Positions 1-13,420 are shown, counted from the first letter of the stretch. The stretch: DNA of 64,000 bases from the human T2T-CHM13v2.0 reference genome, Homo sapiens (GCF_009914755.1 NC_060946.1); one strand, 5' to 3'. The notes: a model not told the origin generated them from the sequence alone. Numbers and translations: made by a program.

Positions 1-1570
1 TCTCCTACTGTCTTCAAGATTCTCTCTTGAATTTTGATAGTTTGAGTATAACGTGTCTATGTGTCTCAGAGTTTGTCCAACTTGGAACTGTCTAAGCTTC
101 TTAGTTCTATAGACTAATGTTTTCTTCGCCAAATTTGAAAAGTTTTCAGGAATTATTTTTAAACCTTTTTTCCTAATCATTTATATCTTTCTCTTCTCCT
201 TTGGGACCTCTTATCGTGCATGTGTGGGTATATTTAATGACATGCCACAGGTCTCTGAGTCTCTGTTCATTTTTTTATTCTTTTTTTTCTCTCTTCTCAG
301 ATTGAATAGTCTCAATTGTCCCACCTTCAAGTTTGTAAGGTCTTTCTCCTGCCTATTCCAACCCACTGTTGAGTTCCTCTAGTGAATTTTCACTTGAGGC
401 ATTGTATTTTTCAACTCCAGAAATTTATTTTTTTATAGCTTCTATGTCTTTACTGATATTGCCTCACTGGTGAGACATGGTTCTCATACTTTTCTTTAGT
501 TTTTAGACATGGTTTCCTTTTGTTAAATCACCATATTTAAAATTAGGTGATTTTAAGTCTTTGTCCTCTAAGTCCAATGCCTGGGCTTTCTCAGGGATAG
601 TTTTAACTGACTGCTTCTCTTATATGTATAAAACCATAACTTTCTGTTGCTTTATATGCCACCGATATTTTGTTGAAAACTGAACATTTTAAATACTATG
701 ATGTGGCATCTCTGGAAATCAGATTCCTACCCTCAGATTCCAAATCAGATTCCAAACCGGGGTTTGTTGCTCTTGCTTTTTGTTTTTGCTTTTGTTGTCA
801 TCGTTGTTTGGTGACTCTTGTTAACTAGTTCTGTAAAGTATGTCTTCTCTGTCATGTTTGGTCACTAACATCTCTGCTTGATTAGCTCTGTGGCCAGCCA
901 GTGATTGGATGGAGACGTCTTAAACACCTGCAATCTGTCCGTCCCCCAGACTGTTTGGAAGGGATATTCTGTGTGCATGAGGGGTGTGCCCGCCACACTC
1001 AGCAAGTGTACAATTCTGCATAGCTTTACTTCCTGTGTGTGCATAAGCTCAAAGTCATCTAGGGTGGAAGCTCAGGAACAACTTCTCGGATCTTTCCTGA
1101 GCATTCACATAGCTCTATGCACACAGGTAGCTTTCTAGATTCCCAAGAATATGTCAGAGATTTTCCGAACTGCAGAGGATATCTCATTCCCCAGATTTTC
1201 CTTTGAAATATTTTGTGAGCCTAATGTTTGTGTCAACTCTCATCCACCACCTCAGGTAGGTGCAAAGTTCAACAATTTCCTCCAGTAATTTTCAACAAAC
1301 ACCTCCAGGGAGAAGGCTTTTTGTATTGTGCGAGTTCTGAGTCAGGTCAAATAAAAACACCCTCGCAAGTGAGGTCCTCCAGAAACTGCCAGACAGGTCA
1401 AGTCATGACAGTCTTCTGCAAATGAGGCTTGGAAGGAGCCCCAGCCCTGTGCTCCTCTTCCCTGTGAGTGCTGGGCTGCTGGGCTCACAGAGATGGCAGG
1501 CTGTTGATCTTCAAGTCAACCACAGAGCTGCAGAAAGGGGCGTGAGAAGAGGGCAGGTTAAAACACTGCA
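1..1570 (-). mobile_element. Old LINE-1 (L1M-type) fragment, ORF1 and 5' region, antisense
   Basis: T-rich sequence resembling remembered antisense L1M ORF1/5'UTR (e.g. TCTAGTGAATTTTCACTT..GTATTTTTCAACTCCAGAATT). No intact ORF. Subfamily not resolved. Confidence 0.75.
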
Positions 1571-1639
1571 GAGTTCACTGGCTTTGTGCATTAGACCTGA
1601 GGGAGCTGAGCACTGGAGTCTCATGGGGTGGGGCTTCTG

Positions 1640-2420
1640 AGGTCCTGGGGCCAGAGTGGGCTTGGTGGTCTGAGGGACAAGGAAGGGCACTGTAAGGATG
1701 GAACAGATTGAGTAAGAGGAGGCAATGAGGCTGAGTGTAGAGAAGGAACTGGCCACCTAGGAGCCTCATATTCATTGTAAAGAAACTTATTTCACTCTGA
1801 AAGAAATTCAGAGCCAAGCAGGGTCTGGTAAGAGGAGTGATGAGTCAGAACTACTCGAAAGGTTTTACCCCGCAGCTCTGCAGAGAGGACCCTAAAAGTG
1901 GAGCAGGAGTGGAAGCAGAGAGACAGTTTAGAAAGTCATTGACAATAACCTGATTGCAGAGGACAGTGACTGGGCCAGGGTGGTGGCCAGACAGACGGTG
2001 AGAAGGGTTCAGATCTAGGTAGATTCTGAAGGTCAAGCCCTCCGGATTTGCAGATGGACTGTGCATGCGCTGTGAGAGGAAACCTTGCTTTGTAGACACC
2101 TGGAGGGAGGGAGTTAGCATATGAACAAAGGTGGTGGAGGTTTGTGGGGAAGAGAATGTCCAGTGTCCACTCTCAGGTGCTGATGAGTTAAGGGTGAGAT
2201 GCCCAAAAGACCCCTAAGGAGGTCGAGCAGGAGGCAGCCGGATGGAGGAGCCTGAAGGGCTCGGGGCTGGAGGCAGAGATGACTCAGGGGAGGCCAGTGT
2301 CTGGACGGAGTTCAAAGCCATGAGACAGCAGGAAAGAACGCCGATAAGAGAGAGAGAGAGAAGCAGTGGGCTGAGTCCCGAGGATCCCATTTCTACAGGT
2401 CTGAGAAACAGGAAGAAATA
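1640..2420 (-). mobile_element. L2 fragment
   Basis: Purine-rich run matching antisense L2 3' region (GTGGAAGCAGAGAGACAGTTTAGAAAG..GGGTGGTGGC..GGATTTGCAGATGGACTG). Confidence 0.7.
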
Positions 2421-2467
2421 ACAGCCAACACGATACCAGCTCCCTGGCTGTTATTCCAACATTCAAT

Positions 2468-2570
2468 TCTAGCTGTGTGATTTCAGAAAATCCATTTACC
2501 CTCTCTGGGCCTTGGTTTTCTCATCTGTAGATTGGGCGTAATGAGTTTCCTGCCTCCCCTGCAGGGTTTG
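2468..2570 (+). mobile_element. MIR core
   Basis: TAGCTGTGTGA..CCTCTCTGGGCCTTGGTTTTCTCATCTGTAGATTGGG matches the MIR core. Confidence 0.75.
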
Positions 2571-3759
2571 GACCTGCCAGCCCTCACCATGACCAAAGCA
2601 AATTCCTTGAATTTATTTCCCTTTTATATAAATGTGCAACTGGGTCTGCTCCTCTGCAGAAACCGGATATGTCGGGATAATGAATTCTGCCGTGGCTGCA
2701 TCTTTCACAGCTGTGTTGGGTCCAGGCAGGGATGGAGGTGGAAGTCTTGAACAAGCAAGAAGGGAGGTTCATTTTCCAATCTGAGCTTGGCTGTTTTCTG
2801 TCCTCACTGTAACTCCGGTTCTCACTGGTCTGGTCCTCAAGCAAGAGGCAAGCGTCTTCGAGTCCCTGACTGACCCATGGTCCATCACTCCCCACCCAGG
2901 TCCCTGTGCCTGGACCCGGGTTCCCCAGGAGACACAGAGGCCCTGCCCCAGCCGCCGGCTGATCCTGTGTGACCTTGGTCATGAGAACACGCATCAGCCG
3001 TGTCCATCATGAATCAGCCGGCGTGCTCATTACATCAGGAGCTTCAATCTCATCTTCTTAATAGCTTGATCTGACCAAATAATTGAGAATCACATCCTGC
3101 CACACCCTGCCAGCAGTGGCTGGCCTTCCAGAGGTAGGTGGGCGTACTGTGGAACCAGGGATGAAATGTCACCTGACATTTTACTTAGCAGATACTCTCC
3201 AGGAGGCTGTGCTGTGTTTGAACTAGGGGTGTGGGGGGGCAGGGGAAGTGAACCAGCCAGTGTCGGCCCCCAAAGGAATGTACAGGTCACTAGGGAGGGA
3301 AGAGGCAGGAACAGGAGGGAGGGCACAGGGCTGTGAGGAGACGCTCCTGGTGGGCAGAGGAGGCCAGGCTGGACACCTCCTCCATCCCAGGTCTTGCTCT
3401 ATCTTCCCACCAACCTGAAGATTCCACTTTTAAATGACAGAAAATAAGTCCCAGGATAAACACCAAGCAGGCACCAGATCAAAGCGGCAGCAAATCCATC
3501 CAGGGAGGACCTCTGCTCGGCGATCGGTGCAGGGGCAGCAAGAAAATCAGGTCCCTGTGGGCCCCGCTGCCCAGAGCCAACATAAGGAGCTCTGCAACAT
3601 AAAGGATGTGTGTGTTCACGGGAAAATCAAATGGGAGCCCTGGCTGGAGCAGAACACTCTATGATTTGAAGATAATCATGAGGCATTTCTGCTTCTAGAA
3701 GACTCTGTGTGTACATGCATCCCTGGGCCGGAAGTACGGAACTCTGTGTCATGACGGAA

Positions 3760-4578
3760 ATGCACATTAAAATGATGACGAGCCCGCACTACACGCCTAT
3801 TAGAACACCCCAAATCTAAAGCGCTGACCCCAAATGCTGCAGACACGGAGCTAGAAACCTTCGTTCATTGCTGGTAGGAGTGCAGAATGGTGCAGCAGCT
3901 TTGGAAGACAGTTTACAAAACTCAATAGACTCTTAACATCGGATCCAGGAATCACACTCCTTGGCATTTACCCGAAGGGACTGAAAACCTGTACCCACAT
4001 GTAAACCCACACAGGCATGTTTATAGCAGCCTTATTCATAATCACCAAAACTCGGAAGCAACCAGGATGCCCCTCAGTAGGAGAATGAAATGAACCGGTG
4101 CCTTCAGACAATGGCGCATCATCCCAGTGCCGAAAACCTGTGCTATGAAGCCCTGAAAAGACACGGAGGGAGCTTAAATGCATATTACTGAGTGAAAGAA
4201 GCCGGTCTAAAAAGGCTCCACACTGTACGATTCCAACCATGTGACATTCTGGAAACAGAAAACCATGGTGATAATAAAAAGATCAGGGGTTTCCAGGAAT
4301 GAGGAGGGAGGAAGGGATGTTTAGGGCAGGGGAAACTCTATGATAGTCTAATGGGGGATGCCTGTCATTACGGCTTTGTCCAAGCCCACAGATTGCACAT
4401 CTCCCCTGCGGACGATAACGATGCTCAGTGTCATCCGCTCAGGGATCCTGTCAAATGCACACACAGTGGGGAACGGCCCTACGGGGGAGCCTGGGTAGGC
4501 AGGGAGGCTGCAGAAGCTCCCCGTGCCTTGCATTCAATTTCACATGAACCTGCAACTGCTCTAAAAAACAAACTCTGT
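3760..4578 (+). mobile_element. L1 3' end (L1MC-like)
   Basis: ORF2 C-terminal and 3'UTR hallmarks: CATTGCTGGTAGGAGTGCAGAATGGTGCAGC, ATGTTTATAGCAGCCTTATTCATAAT, terminal AACTGCTCTAAAAAA. Confidence 0.85.
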
Positions 4579-4589
4579 TTGATTAAGTG

Positions 4590-4860
4590 GAAGAGGGAGG
4601 CAGAAGGGGAGATCAGAGTGCTGTGATGTGGAAGCACTGGACCCACCGTTCTGGGACTCAGGAAGCTCCCAGAGCTCAGAGGGCGGGAAAGGCACGGGGT
4701 GGGGGCCACCTGCGGAGTGTGCAGGAAAAGACCCGGCCCCACCCACACGACGTCAGCCAGGGAGACCCACGCCAGGCTTCTGACCACAGAACCGTCAGAG
4801 AATGCGTTTGCATTGTTTTAAGCCGCGGCGTTGGTGGTGCATTTAGGCGGCAGCCATAGA
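4590..4860 (+). mobile_element. MLT1-type MaLR LTR fragment
   Basis: CTTCTGACCACAGAAC..TTGTTTTAAGCC..GGCAGCCATAG resembles the MLT1 3' end. Confidence 0.6.
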
Positions 4861-6010
4861 TTCTTATGCGACTTTACATCAATGGCTGCCACGACCCTGC
4901 TATGTGACACGCTAATTTTTCTTTCACTTCACAGTGTATCTTATGGATGATTCCTTATCTCATTCTTTTTCGAGGTTGCGTGGAATCACCGTACGTAATT
5001 TATAGACCCAATTCTGCTACGTGGACACGTAGACACTTCGCAGGAGCTTTTGCTTTTTGTTTGTTTGCTTTTATTGTGGATGATCTGAGCTAACGTTGGG
5101 TGATCCAGGGGCTATTTTGCCCTCTCCATCATGTTCTGTCTCAGGCTGCGAGGCTGGCTCCGGGCTTCCTCTCCCAGAGCTCGGGGCAGGGTGAATTCCC
5201 CACCTGTAACTCTTAGACATCGCTAATTCTGCAAGACTCCATCAGGACATTGCAGATATTAGGGCAGGGGCGGACGAGGCGCCTCCCCGGTGCCAGGGTC
5301 ACACTGCCGAACTCAGGTGCTGTGACCTCTGCCCTCCACAGGCTCCTCCGAAATCCAACCGGATGCCCAGGACCAGAGTTTGAGGCATGCGTCTGCAGGA
5401 GAGGCAATTCAATTCCGGAAGAAAAACACGTTTTCTCTCTGTCTCCACCGATTTAGAAAGTGGAGAAAGTTGATTTCAAGGGGGCCTTTGGGAAATAAGA
5501 GGAAACAGGCTTTGGAATAACTGTGGAGAGAGATGCGAGGGCGTTCTCAGAAGGAGAGAGAGATGCGGAGAGGCGGGGCATAGATTCAAACGGCCCAGGG
5601 ATGATCGGGGTATGGGGAGGGGATCTCGGGAGGGGACGCAGACTGTATTCCAGAGCCCAGTAATGCCAGCTACATGCCCTCCTTCTCTCTGCAGGAGCAG
5701 ACAGGCTCAGGCCCAGGGGCACAGGGCATCATCATTATGGGTGGATTCGGGCTGCCTCTCTGGGCTCTTCTGTGGCCAAGGGTGGACCACCCTGCCTGGC
5801 TGCTCCAGTGGAGCCTGGGTCTCCAAGGTGGTAGTTAGGCTGGTCTGGGCAGGTGGGGGCGGGAAGAGGTGCGGGAGAGGCACAGCTGACCCACCTTGGA
5901 CGATGCTCGGAGGTTCTGGGCTCTGGGAATCTGGTTCTCCATGTTCACCCGCTCCCAGCGCCTCTCCCACGCAGCCTCACTGCCAGCAGGACCCACTGCT
6001 CTTCACGGCC

Positions 6011-6352
6011 TGTCTTGTCAGCTTGAGCTACAGTAAAACATCACTGGCCAGTTTAATCAGAAATGTTAATTCTTTACATCCTGAGGCTGGAAGGCTAAGA
6101 TCAAGGCACAGGCAGATGCGGAGTCTGGCGGGAGCTGGCTTCCTGGCTCCTAGAAGACGCCACCTCACTGTGCCCTCATGGGGCAGAGAGTGTGAAGCTG
6201 CTCTCACCCCACTCCATAAAGGGCGCTAACCCCACCCTGGGGGCCACCTTCATGGCCTCGTTGGCCCTAATTACCCTCCAAGGTCCTAATACCATCGCTT
6301 TGGGAGTTAGGGCTTCAATATACAAACCGGAGGGTAGGGCAGAAACATTTTG
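6011..6352 (-). mobile_element. MLT1A/MST-type MaLR LTR
   Basis: TGTCTT start, GAGGCTGGAAGGCTAAGATCAAGG, TAATACCATCGCTTTGGGAGTTAGGGCTTCAA. Confidence 0.75.
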
Positions 6353-6450
6353 TCTACCACAGGACCCAGTTACACTGGCCCCACCCCACCCCCAGCTGAC
6401 TCCCTGTTCCAGGAGCCCCTGGAGGGCCGGGGGAGTGTGAGTCTCCGACT

Positions 6451-6572
6451 CAGTGGTTCTCAGACTTCCCCATCCATGAGAACCACCTGCAGGTTGGAGC
6501 ACAGGTCACTGGGCCTAATCCATCACTTCCGATTCACTGCATCTAGGGAAGGTCGGAGCATCTGCATCTCAT
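6451..6572. mobile_element. MER5A-like hAT MITE fragment
   Basis: Terminal CAGTGGTTCTCA and internal ATCTGCAT..ACAAGC pattern. Confidence 0.6.
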
Positions 6573-7090
6573 ACAAGCACTCAGTGCTGTGTGTGTGATG
6601 GGCTCCGAGAACGGGGATGGGCTCGTCCACCCGGCTCCAGAGCGGGCTGTTCTGTGTGAGAAGCAGCTCTTGTGGGTCGCTTTGAACAGAGGAGATGGAA
6701 AGAGGATGTCTAGGCACACACTGGGTGAAGCATGCAGCCTCCCCCACAGACCACCAGGCCCTGACAGGAGGCACTCAGTGCAGCCCCTCAAAATCACCCA
6801 CCTGAACACACAGCAGCCGAGATGACGGCACAGCCCAAAGTTGGGTCACAGGCTCAGGAGTGTCAAGCTGTGGCACCGCTGCCTGTACATCAGCTCCTCT
6901 TTGACTCCAGCCTCCGACAGACTCAGTGATGGAAACGTCAGCTTTACTCATTCCTGGTCTTCTCTCAGGGACCGGGCCAAGCTTCCGGAGCCTTAGGGAG
7001 CACTGAGGCACGAGGGAGGGGCTGCGGCCACTGTGGCTGCTGTCCACAGGCGTGTTTTCCTTAGAGAGGGAGCAAAAGGAAAAAGCAGGG

Positions 7091-7790
<700 letters not shown>

Positions 7791-7795
7791 AGGGT

Positions 7796-7860
7796 TGTGT
7801 GTGAGTACATGTGCATGCATGTGTGTGCATGTGGCACGTGTGTGTTTGTGTGTGTGTGTC
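7796..7860. repeat. (TG)-rich simple repeat
   Basis: Degenerate TG/TGCA run. Confidence 0.85.
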
Positions 7861-8579
7861 AGCGAGCTCTTGGGCATTTTATGGAAGAATTCTGATTGCT
7901 TAGAAACCAAACGGCCTGAGCTGCAGTATATTTTACCAACGAGCTCCTTCTTTAAAGAGCTGAACACCGTCAGAAATAAGCCCAGGTAGGCAGTGGGGGC
8001 CATCAGAGAAATATACCTCTTATTACCACCTGGAAATTACCACCCTGGATTTACCGCAGCAAAACCCCTGCTTGTGTAATTTTCACCATAGCACACCAGG
8101 TCAACAAGTACGCTTCTTATAAAGACAAAATCAGATCAGATTTAACACATTTTGGTCATGGTCCATTTTCTTTTAGCTGGGGAGAGTCCCCCATTTCTTC
8201 AAACAGAAATCCCAGATGTTTTTGGCAGATTTCCATCCACTTTATTTTCTTATAAAACGGCACTAAGCACCTTACAGCTCTAGAGTGATTTAGTGCAAAA
8301 TGCAAACATGTCCAGGAATAAGGCACCGAGCCTGGGGCCTCCCTGAATGCCTGATGCTCCGAGGACTTGTCTGCACCCAGCTGTTGTGCTTCCTTCATTA
8401 TCACAGAGGTGAGCACATGTTACATGCAAAACGCTACGAAAAATTATTGTGATGTGCCAATTACAATTTTCCCTATTCAAATTTGGAGCATCGAGTAGAA
8501 GAATGTCCTTAAAAAAATTCTTCCCAAATCCCAAATGATTAGTTTATTCATTTTGCCATCATGTACCTGTTATTTAAAT

Positions 8580-9968
8580 TCAAAAGTAGTGATGTTAGCG
8601 TTGTTGTTCACAGGGGTGTGGGTTAACAGTTCTGAGGCCATTTTTGTCTGCTGCTGAGTCAGAACAAATGCGTATGATGGGTGGTGGATGGGGGAGCTGG
8701 ATTTCTTGCTGTCAGAGTGAGAGTTAAATATCAATAACAGCATGAGGCTAAATGACCCATGAGGTCACGGGTTAGGGCTGGAGACACCAGCAAGAACTCA
8801 TGTTGGGCTTACTAGAGATCCATACAGTTACATGCAGAGCTATTTATAGATACATGTATATACACAGTATGTGCACACATACTTCCAAGCTTTGTCCCTT
8901 GAAAAACACTAAACACATCAGCACCCCAGTATCCATGAGCACCCCCAGCACCCAGGCCTTGGTTTCTAACACCATTCCCTGGAGGATTCAAGGTTCCTTG
9001 GAAAAACAGCAGATTCAAAAACTGGGGCAGGAAATCGAGAAGCATGAGCCAGCAGCACCATGTGGTGCCAAAAAGTAAGGAAACCTCAAGAAGCAAAACG
9101 ATTGAGGTATGTCAAAGGGACATGGAAGCCCTTGAAAAACAGCCAATGACCAAAGCTGGAAGAATCTGAACCAAGAAGGGTAATAATATTGTAGTATTAG
9201 ATGAGCTCTGGGCTCAGCTAGTGCTTGGATGGAGATTTCTTAAATACCCGGAATCTGTCCATCTCCCAGTGTTTTCAAGGGCATTTCCCTGCCCCTTGAG
9301 GTGGGCTCCACTTAGTGATTTTCTTTCAAAGAGTAGAGTATAAATAAGGGCAAAGAAAGAGACTCTTTACCATGGAGGAGCCCGGCAGACACTTCCACCA
9401 GGCGGCCAAGGTCAATGCCAACAGTGAGGAGCCATCTTGTACCCTTGAAAAGATGTGATGGAAATAGCCCTTCACCTCCCGATAACCCACAACTTCCATC
9501 TAGAAAAACAGACAGATCACAATGGAGAGACATTCTGCAAAACACCTGAGCAGTCCTCCTCCAGACTGTCAAGGTCATCATAACTGTCAAGGTCATCATA
9601 ACTGTCAAGGTCATCATAACTGTCAAGGTCATCAAAACTGTCAAGGTTGTCAAAACCAAGGAAAGTCTGAGAAACTGTTATGGCCAAGAGGAGCCTCAGG
9701 AAGCGTGACGACTAAATGTCACGTGGGATTCTGGATGGGATCCTGAGACAGAAAAGGGACAACAGGTGAAGACGAAGGACATATGCATTAACCATGGACT
9801 TCAGTGAATAATCACACATCACCCTCGGTCTATTGATTCTAGCAACTGTACCACAGTCGTAGAAGACGGTGATGGTGGAGACTGTGTATAGGAACTCTCT
9901 GTACTTTCTTTACTTTTCTGTAAACCCAAACTATTTTAAAATTAAAAATTTCTTTGAAAAAAAAATTA
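8580..9968 (+). mobile_element. L1 3'UTR (L1MC/L1MD-like)
   Basis: ACCCAGGCCTTGGTTTCTAACACCATTC, ACTAAATGTCACGTGGGATTCTGGATGGGATCCTG, terminal TTTTCTGTAAACCCAAACTATTTTAAAAT plus A tail. Confidence 0.85.
9565..9654. repeat. 18-bp minisatellite, 5 copies (ACTGTCAAGGTCATCATA)
   Basis: Three identical units plus two variants, read directly from the sequence. Confidence 0.97.
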
Positions 9969-11723
9969 AAAGTGAGTAAGGTCCCCCAGTCTGGTAGTGG
10001 CCCAGATCACTCCTGAGCAGCCTTCAGTCCTGACTTTCTGCCACTCAGGATGCCGGATGACGGGCAGGAGGCTGCGCTGCACTCTCCAGCCTGAATGTCA
10101 GGCTGCATGGAAGGGTGTGAAGCTCTAGATGACCCTCCTCGTGGATTACACTTGCCGTCCTGGGTGGTGGCACCCAAGCAAACTATTTTTCTTCGAGTCA
10201 AATTGGTTTCTCTGATCAAACTGTTGCTGCCTGCTCGCTGCCCGAAGGGCCCAGAAAGTGACCTATTTTTCTAACAAAGCTGAGCTGATTGCACACTGCA
10301 GTGAAGAGGGTGCCAGCGGAATAGTCTCCTAACATCTCAGCAAAGGAGGGGGGTTTGTAAAGGCTGGGGGCCGCCCCAGCAGCGCCTTTCAGAGTGTGAG
10401 TGTCTGGTGGGGAGGGGTAACTGGAATGGGTCAGAGTTCGCATGATAATAATTTAGGATTTGTGGACACCAAGGGGGAGGCTTTCAAACGAGCTTTGAGC
10501 AATGAGCAGCTGTTCGACAAGGCCAGCTGAGAGATGCGACCGACTGTTCTGAGATGGGGCCATTTGCTCCGAGGAGGGTCCGCTTAGCAGTCTATTGCTG
10601 AGATAAATGGATTTTCAGCCAGTCCCTGGAATGAAGAATAAAGTCATTTGGAACTCCGTCTTCCTGGGCGAGCTGTCCTTGGAACAGTGACATCGTGCTC
10701 ACTAGAGGGGAGGTGGGCGGCTGTGGCTGGGCTCAGCTCTCACTGTGAGGGGCGGGTGGTCTCTCTCCTGCATGACCCTGCCAAAACCGGTTGGTATTAA
10801 ACGGACCTGCTTTTCTCTGGCCCTATAACGAAGATTCTGCTTCCAGGCAGAGGCTGTTTTCCTTTGCATTTTAGGTCTGTTTATTTCTAAAATCGGGCTT
10901 GAACTTGGACATGCAGGTATCCTGCTGTTGGTTTTCCTCCTCCTTATTCACTCCCTGATATTATCTGGGGCAGAGGAGCTCAGGGCCTCTTCTTGGTGGT
11001 GCCTCCCTGCCTCAGAGCTTAACTGGCCTCCCCGACCCCCTGGGGCACTGCATCTCTGGGAAGTCCCAGAATCCCAGCCCTGACCCCCAGGGCCCCTGAG
11101 TGCACCACGGAGCCAGGGGCAGTGTCGGGGAGCAGGAGGCAGACCCTGCGCTCGGGAGAACCTCAGACTCCTTTCCTCCATCTGCCTTTTCAGGGATGTT
11201 CCCTACTCTTACTTTTATTTTCATTATAGGCTTATTTTTCCCTCCTTACTCTACCCTTAGCAGAAATCCTTGAGGCTTGGCTGGCTTCCTTCTCCCGGGA
11301 CAAGGATGAGGAGATACAGGGAGCAAAAACAGAAGGAGTTACCCAGCCCAGAAGCAAAGCACTGCACGTGAGCACAGCCCACTCCTCTCTTCGGTGAGAG
11401 CCGTCTGCTCCCGAACATGCTCTGAATCTGTTGGTTCATTCCGCACAGCTGGACTGGAGACCTCGGCATTGCCTGGTTTGGGCTCACAGAGGCGGTGGGG
11501 GGCAACGCACAGTGCAGGGACAGGACCAGAGGACGAGGGCTGCCCAGGCATGTCCAGGAGAGAGCAGTGCTTTGCACTCCAGCACCTCCCCTGCCATGCT
11601 TTGGCCTGGATTATCCCCCGCCCCTGCCTCTGAAACTTGCACACTTGGCCTGTGCAGGGGAGGAGGGCAAAGCTGCTCAGCTTCCACCGGAATCTTCGCT
11701 TCTCTTTCAAGATCCTTCCCTCC

Positions 11724-12189
11724 TGTGTGAGTTTCCTGCGGCTGCTGGAACAAAACACCACGGACTGGGCGTCACAACAACTGAAATTTATTTTCATGGT
11801 TCTGGGGGCCAGAGGCTAATCTTGTCGATAAAGCCTTGTTTTCCCTGAAGGCTCTAAGGGAGGATCCTTCCTGCCCCACCCACTACCCCCCACCCCGCAG
11901 CTTCTGGGAGCTCCAGGCATCCCCTGGCCTGTGGCTGCATCGCTCCAGTCTCTGTCTCCATCCCCACACAGCCTTCTTCCTGGTGTTGGTGTCTTCTCCT
12001 CTGTGTGTCTGTAATGAGGACACTTGTCATTGGATTTAGGGCCCACTTGGATAATGCAGGATGATCTCATCTCAAGATTCTTACCTTAATCCATCCGCAA
12101 AGACCCTGTTTCCAAAAAGGCCACCTTCCCTGGTTCCAGGGGTTAGGATGTGGACATATCACTTGGGCACTGACATCAAGCTTACTGCA
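11724..12189 (-). mobile_element. MLT1B/C MaLR solo LTR
   Basis: TG..CA termini with 5-bp TSD CCTCC (11719-11723 and 12190-12194). Contains GGACACTTGTCATTGGATTTAGGGCCCAC..GGATGATCTCATCTCAAGAT. Confidence 0.9.
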
Positions 12190-12694
12190 CCTCCTCTGGG
12201 CCCAGGGTGGCTAGGAAGGACCCACCTTTGACGTTGCTGTTACATTCGGCCTCCTACGGGGTCTTGCTCAGAAATGGCATCCACGGGCCCTTTCTCCACA
12301 CTCTCAGGTACATGCAGCTGCATTACACAGCCCAGGTGCTTACCTGTCTAGGGTATCTGTGGCCCAGGCTTGCACACATAAGAGGCAGATGGTCCCTGAG
12401 CTCCCGGATACATCCCCATACATTTCAACATCGCCTGGTCTCGGTTCTGACCTTTGAGTACCACTTCCTCTCCTGCAGAGAAAACAGGGCACAAAGTCAT
12501 CCAGGGCTATAGGCCATGGAGCAGTCTCCGTGCCTTCCCAGACCACTTTGTCTTGCGAGCTTAGACAGCACCTGGTGGCTGGAGTTAACAACAGAGACAG
12601 AGTTTGATGTCCACTTTTGCTCCTAGGAGCTCACTCAGCCATGGCTGTGCAAGGTCTGCTCTGGGTTCTGGACTCACATACTGAGAATTCATCC

Positions 12695-12762
12695 CTCCTA
12701 GTTTCAACCTGACCCTCAAGAAGATGACCATGGTGGGCCTCATTAATTCCTCTTGAAAAAAT
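12695..12762. repeat. Inverted repeat arm 1 (68 bp), partner at 13636-13703
   Basis: The reverse complement matches 13636-13703 at 65/68 positions without gaps. Confidence 0.97.
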
Positions 12763-12879
12763 TCTGTTTCTCTCAGCCTCCTTGTCCTCACAGTCTCATG
12801 TATTAAACTGGTTCCAGCTTCCTACACAGAAAGGTGGTGGAATAAGGTGTTAATAAAATAACACCAACATGAACAGCTG

Positions 12880-13420
12880 TGCTGATGGCTATCCCCACTC
12901 TGCAGGGCATTGGCCATCACAGCAACCATGTCCTTTTCTGCCACTTCCCTGGTAGAGGTATTGCCAAAGGCAGCTTCTGTGTCAGACTTCTGGAATGGGG
13001 GATACCTGGAAAGAAAATCCACTGTGTTACAGCACCAGGAGGAGCAGAAATCCAGTTTAATCATCATGTCATGGAGACTGAATATGAAACTTGATGAAAA
13101 TCAGTCCTGGGGAGTGGTGGTCTCCTCTAATACAGAGAGGGGAAAACACTCCAGGGGAAAAAGCCTGCTGTGACGAGAGGCTTCCCCTGCATGCAAGACA
13201 GTGCATGAGAAACCATCAAAGGTCACCCATTCGAAGGCATATCTGAATGAGCAGCCAGCTGAGAAAAGCCAGCGTGGTAGAGACGTGCCTTCTCATGAGG
13301 AAACTCATACCAGAAGAAGCCCAGTGCAGAGCACCTAGACACAGAGGAACCCAGACTGACAAGCAGATGGTTAGAGACAAACCTGGAGGAAACAGCTGGA
13401 TCAAGGAGATGCTGGCCCCT
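12880..13420 (+). pseudogene. Possible highly decayed C2H2 zinc-finger array relic
   Basis: Scattered finger-like peptides: CHFPGRGIAKGSFCVRL, RKSTVLQHQ, KHSRGKS, HQRS, HEETHT. No intact finger, and indels are needed to align them. Confidence 0.25.

Noticed and set aside
5612-6229. 205-aa ATG-initiated ORF
   Set aside because: The 3' third is an antisense MaLR LTR, and there is no domain similarity or splice support.
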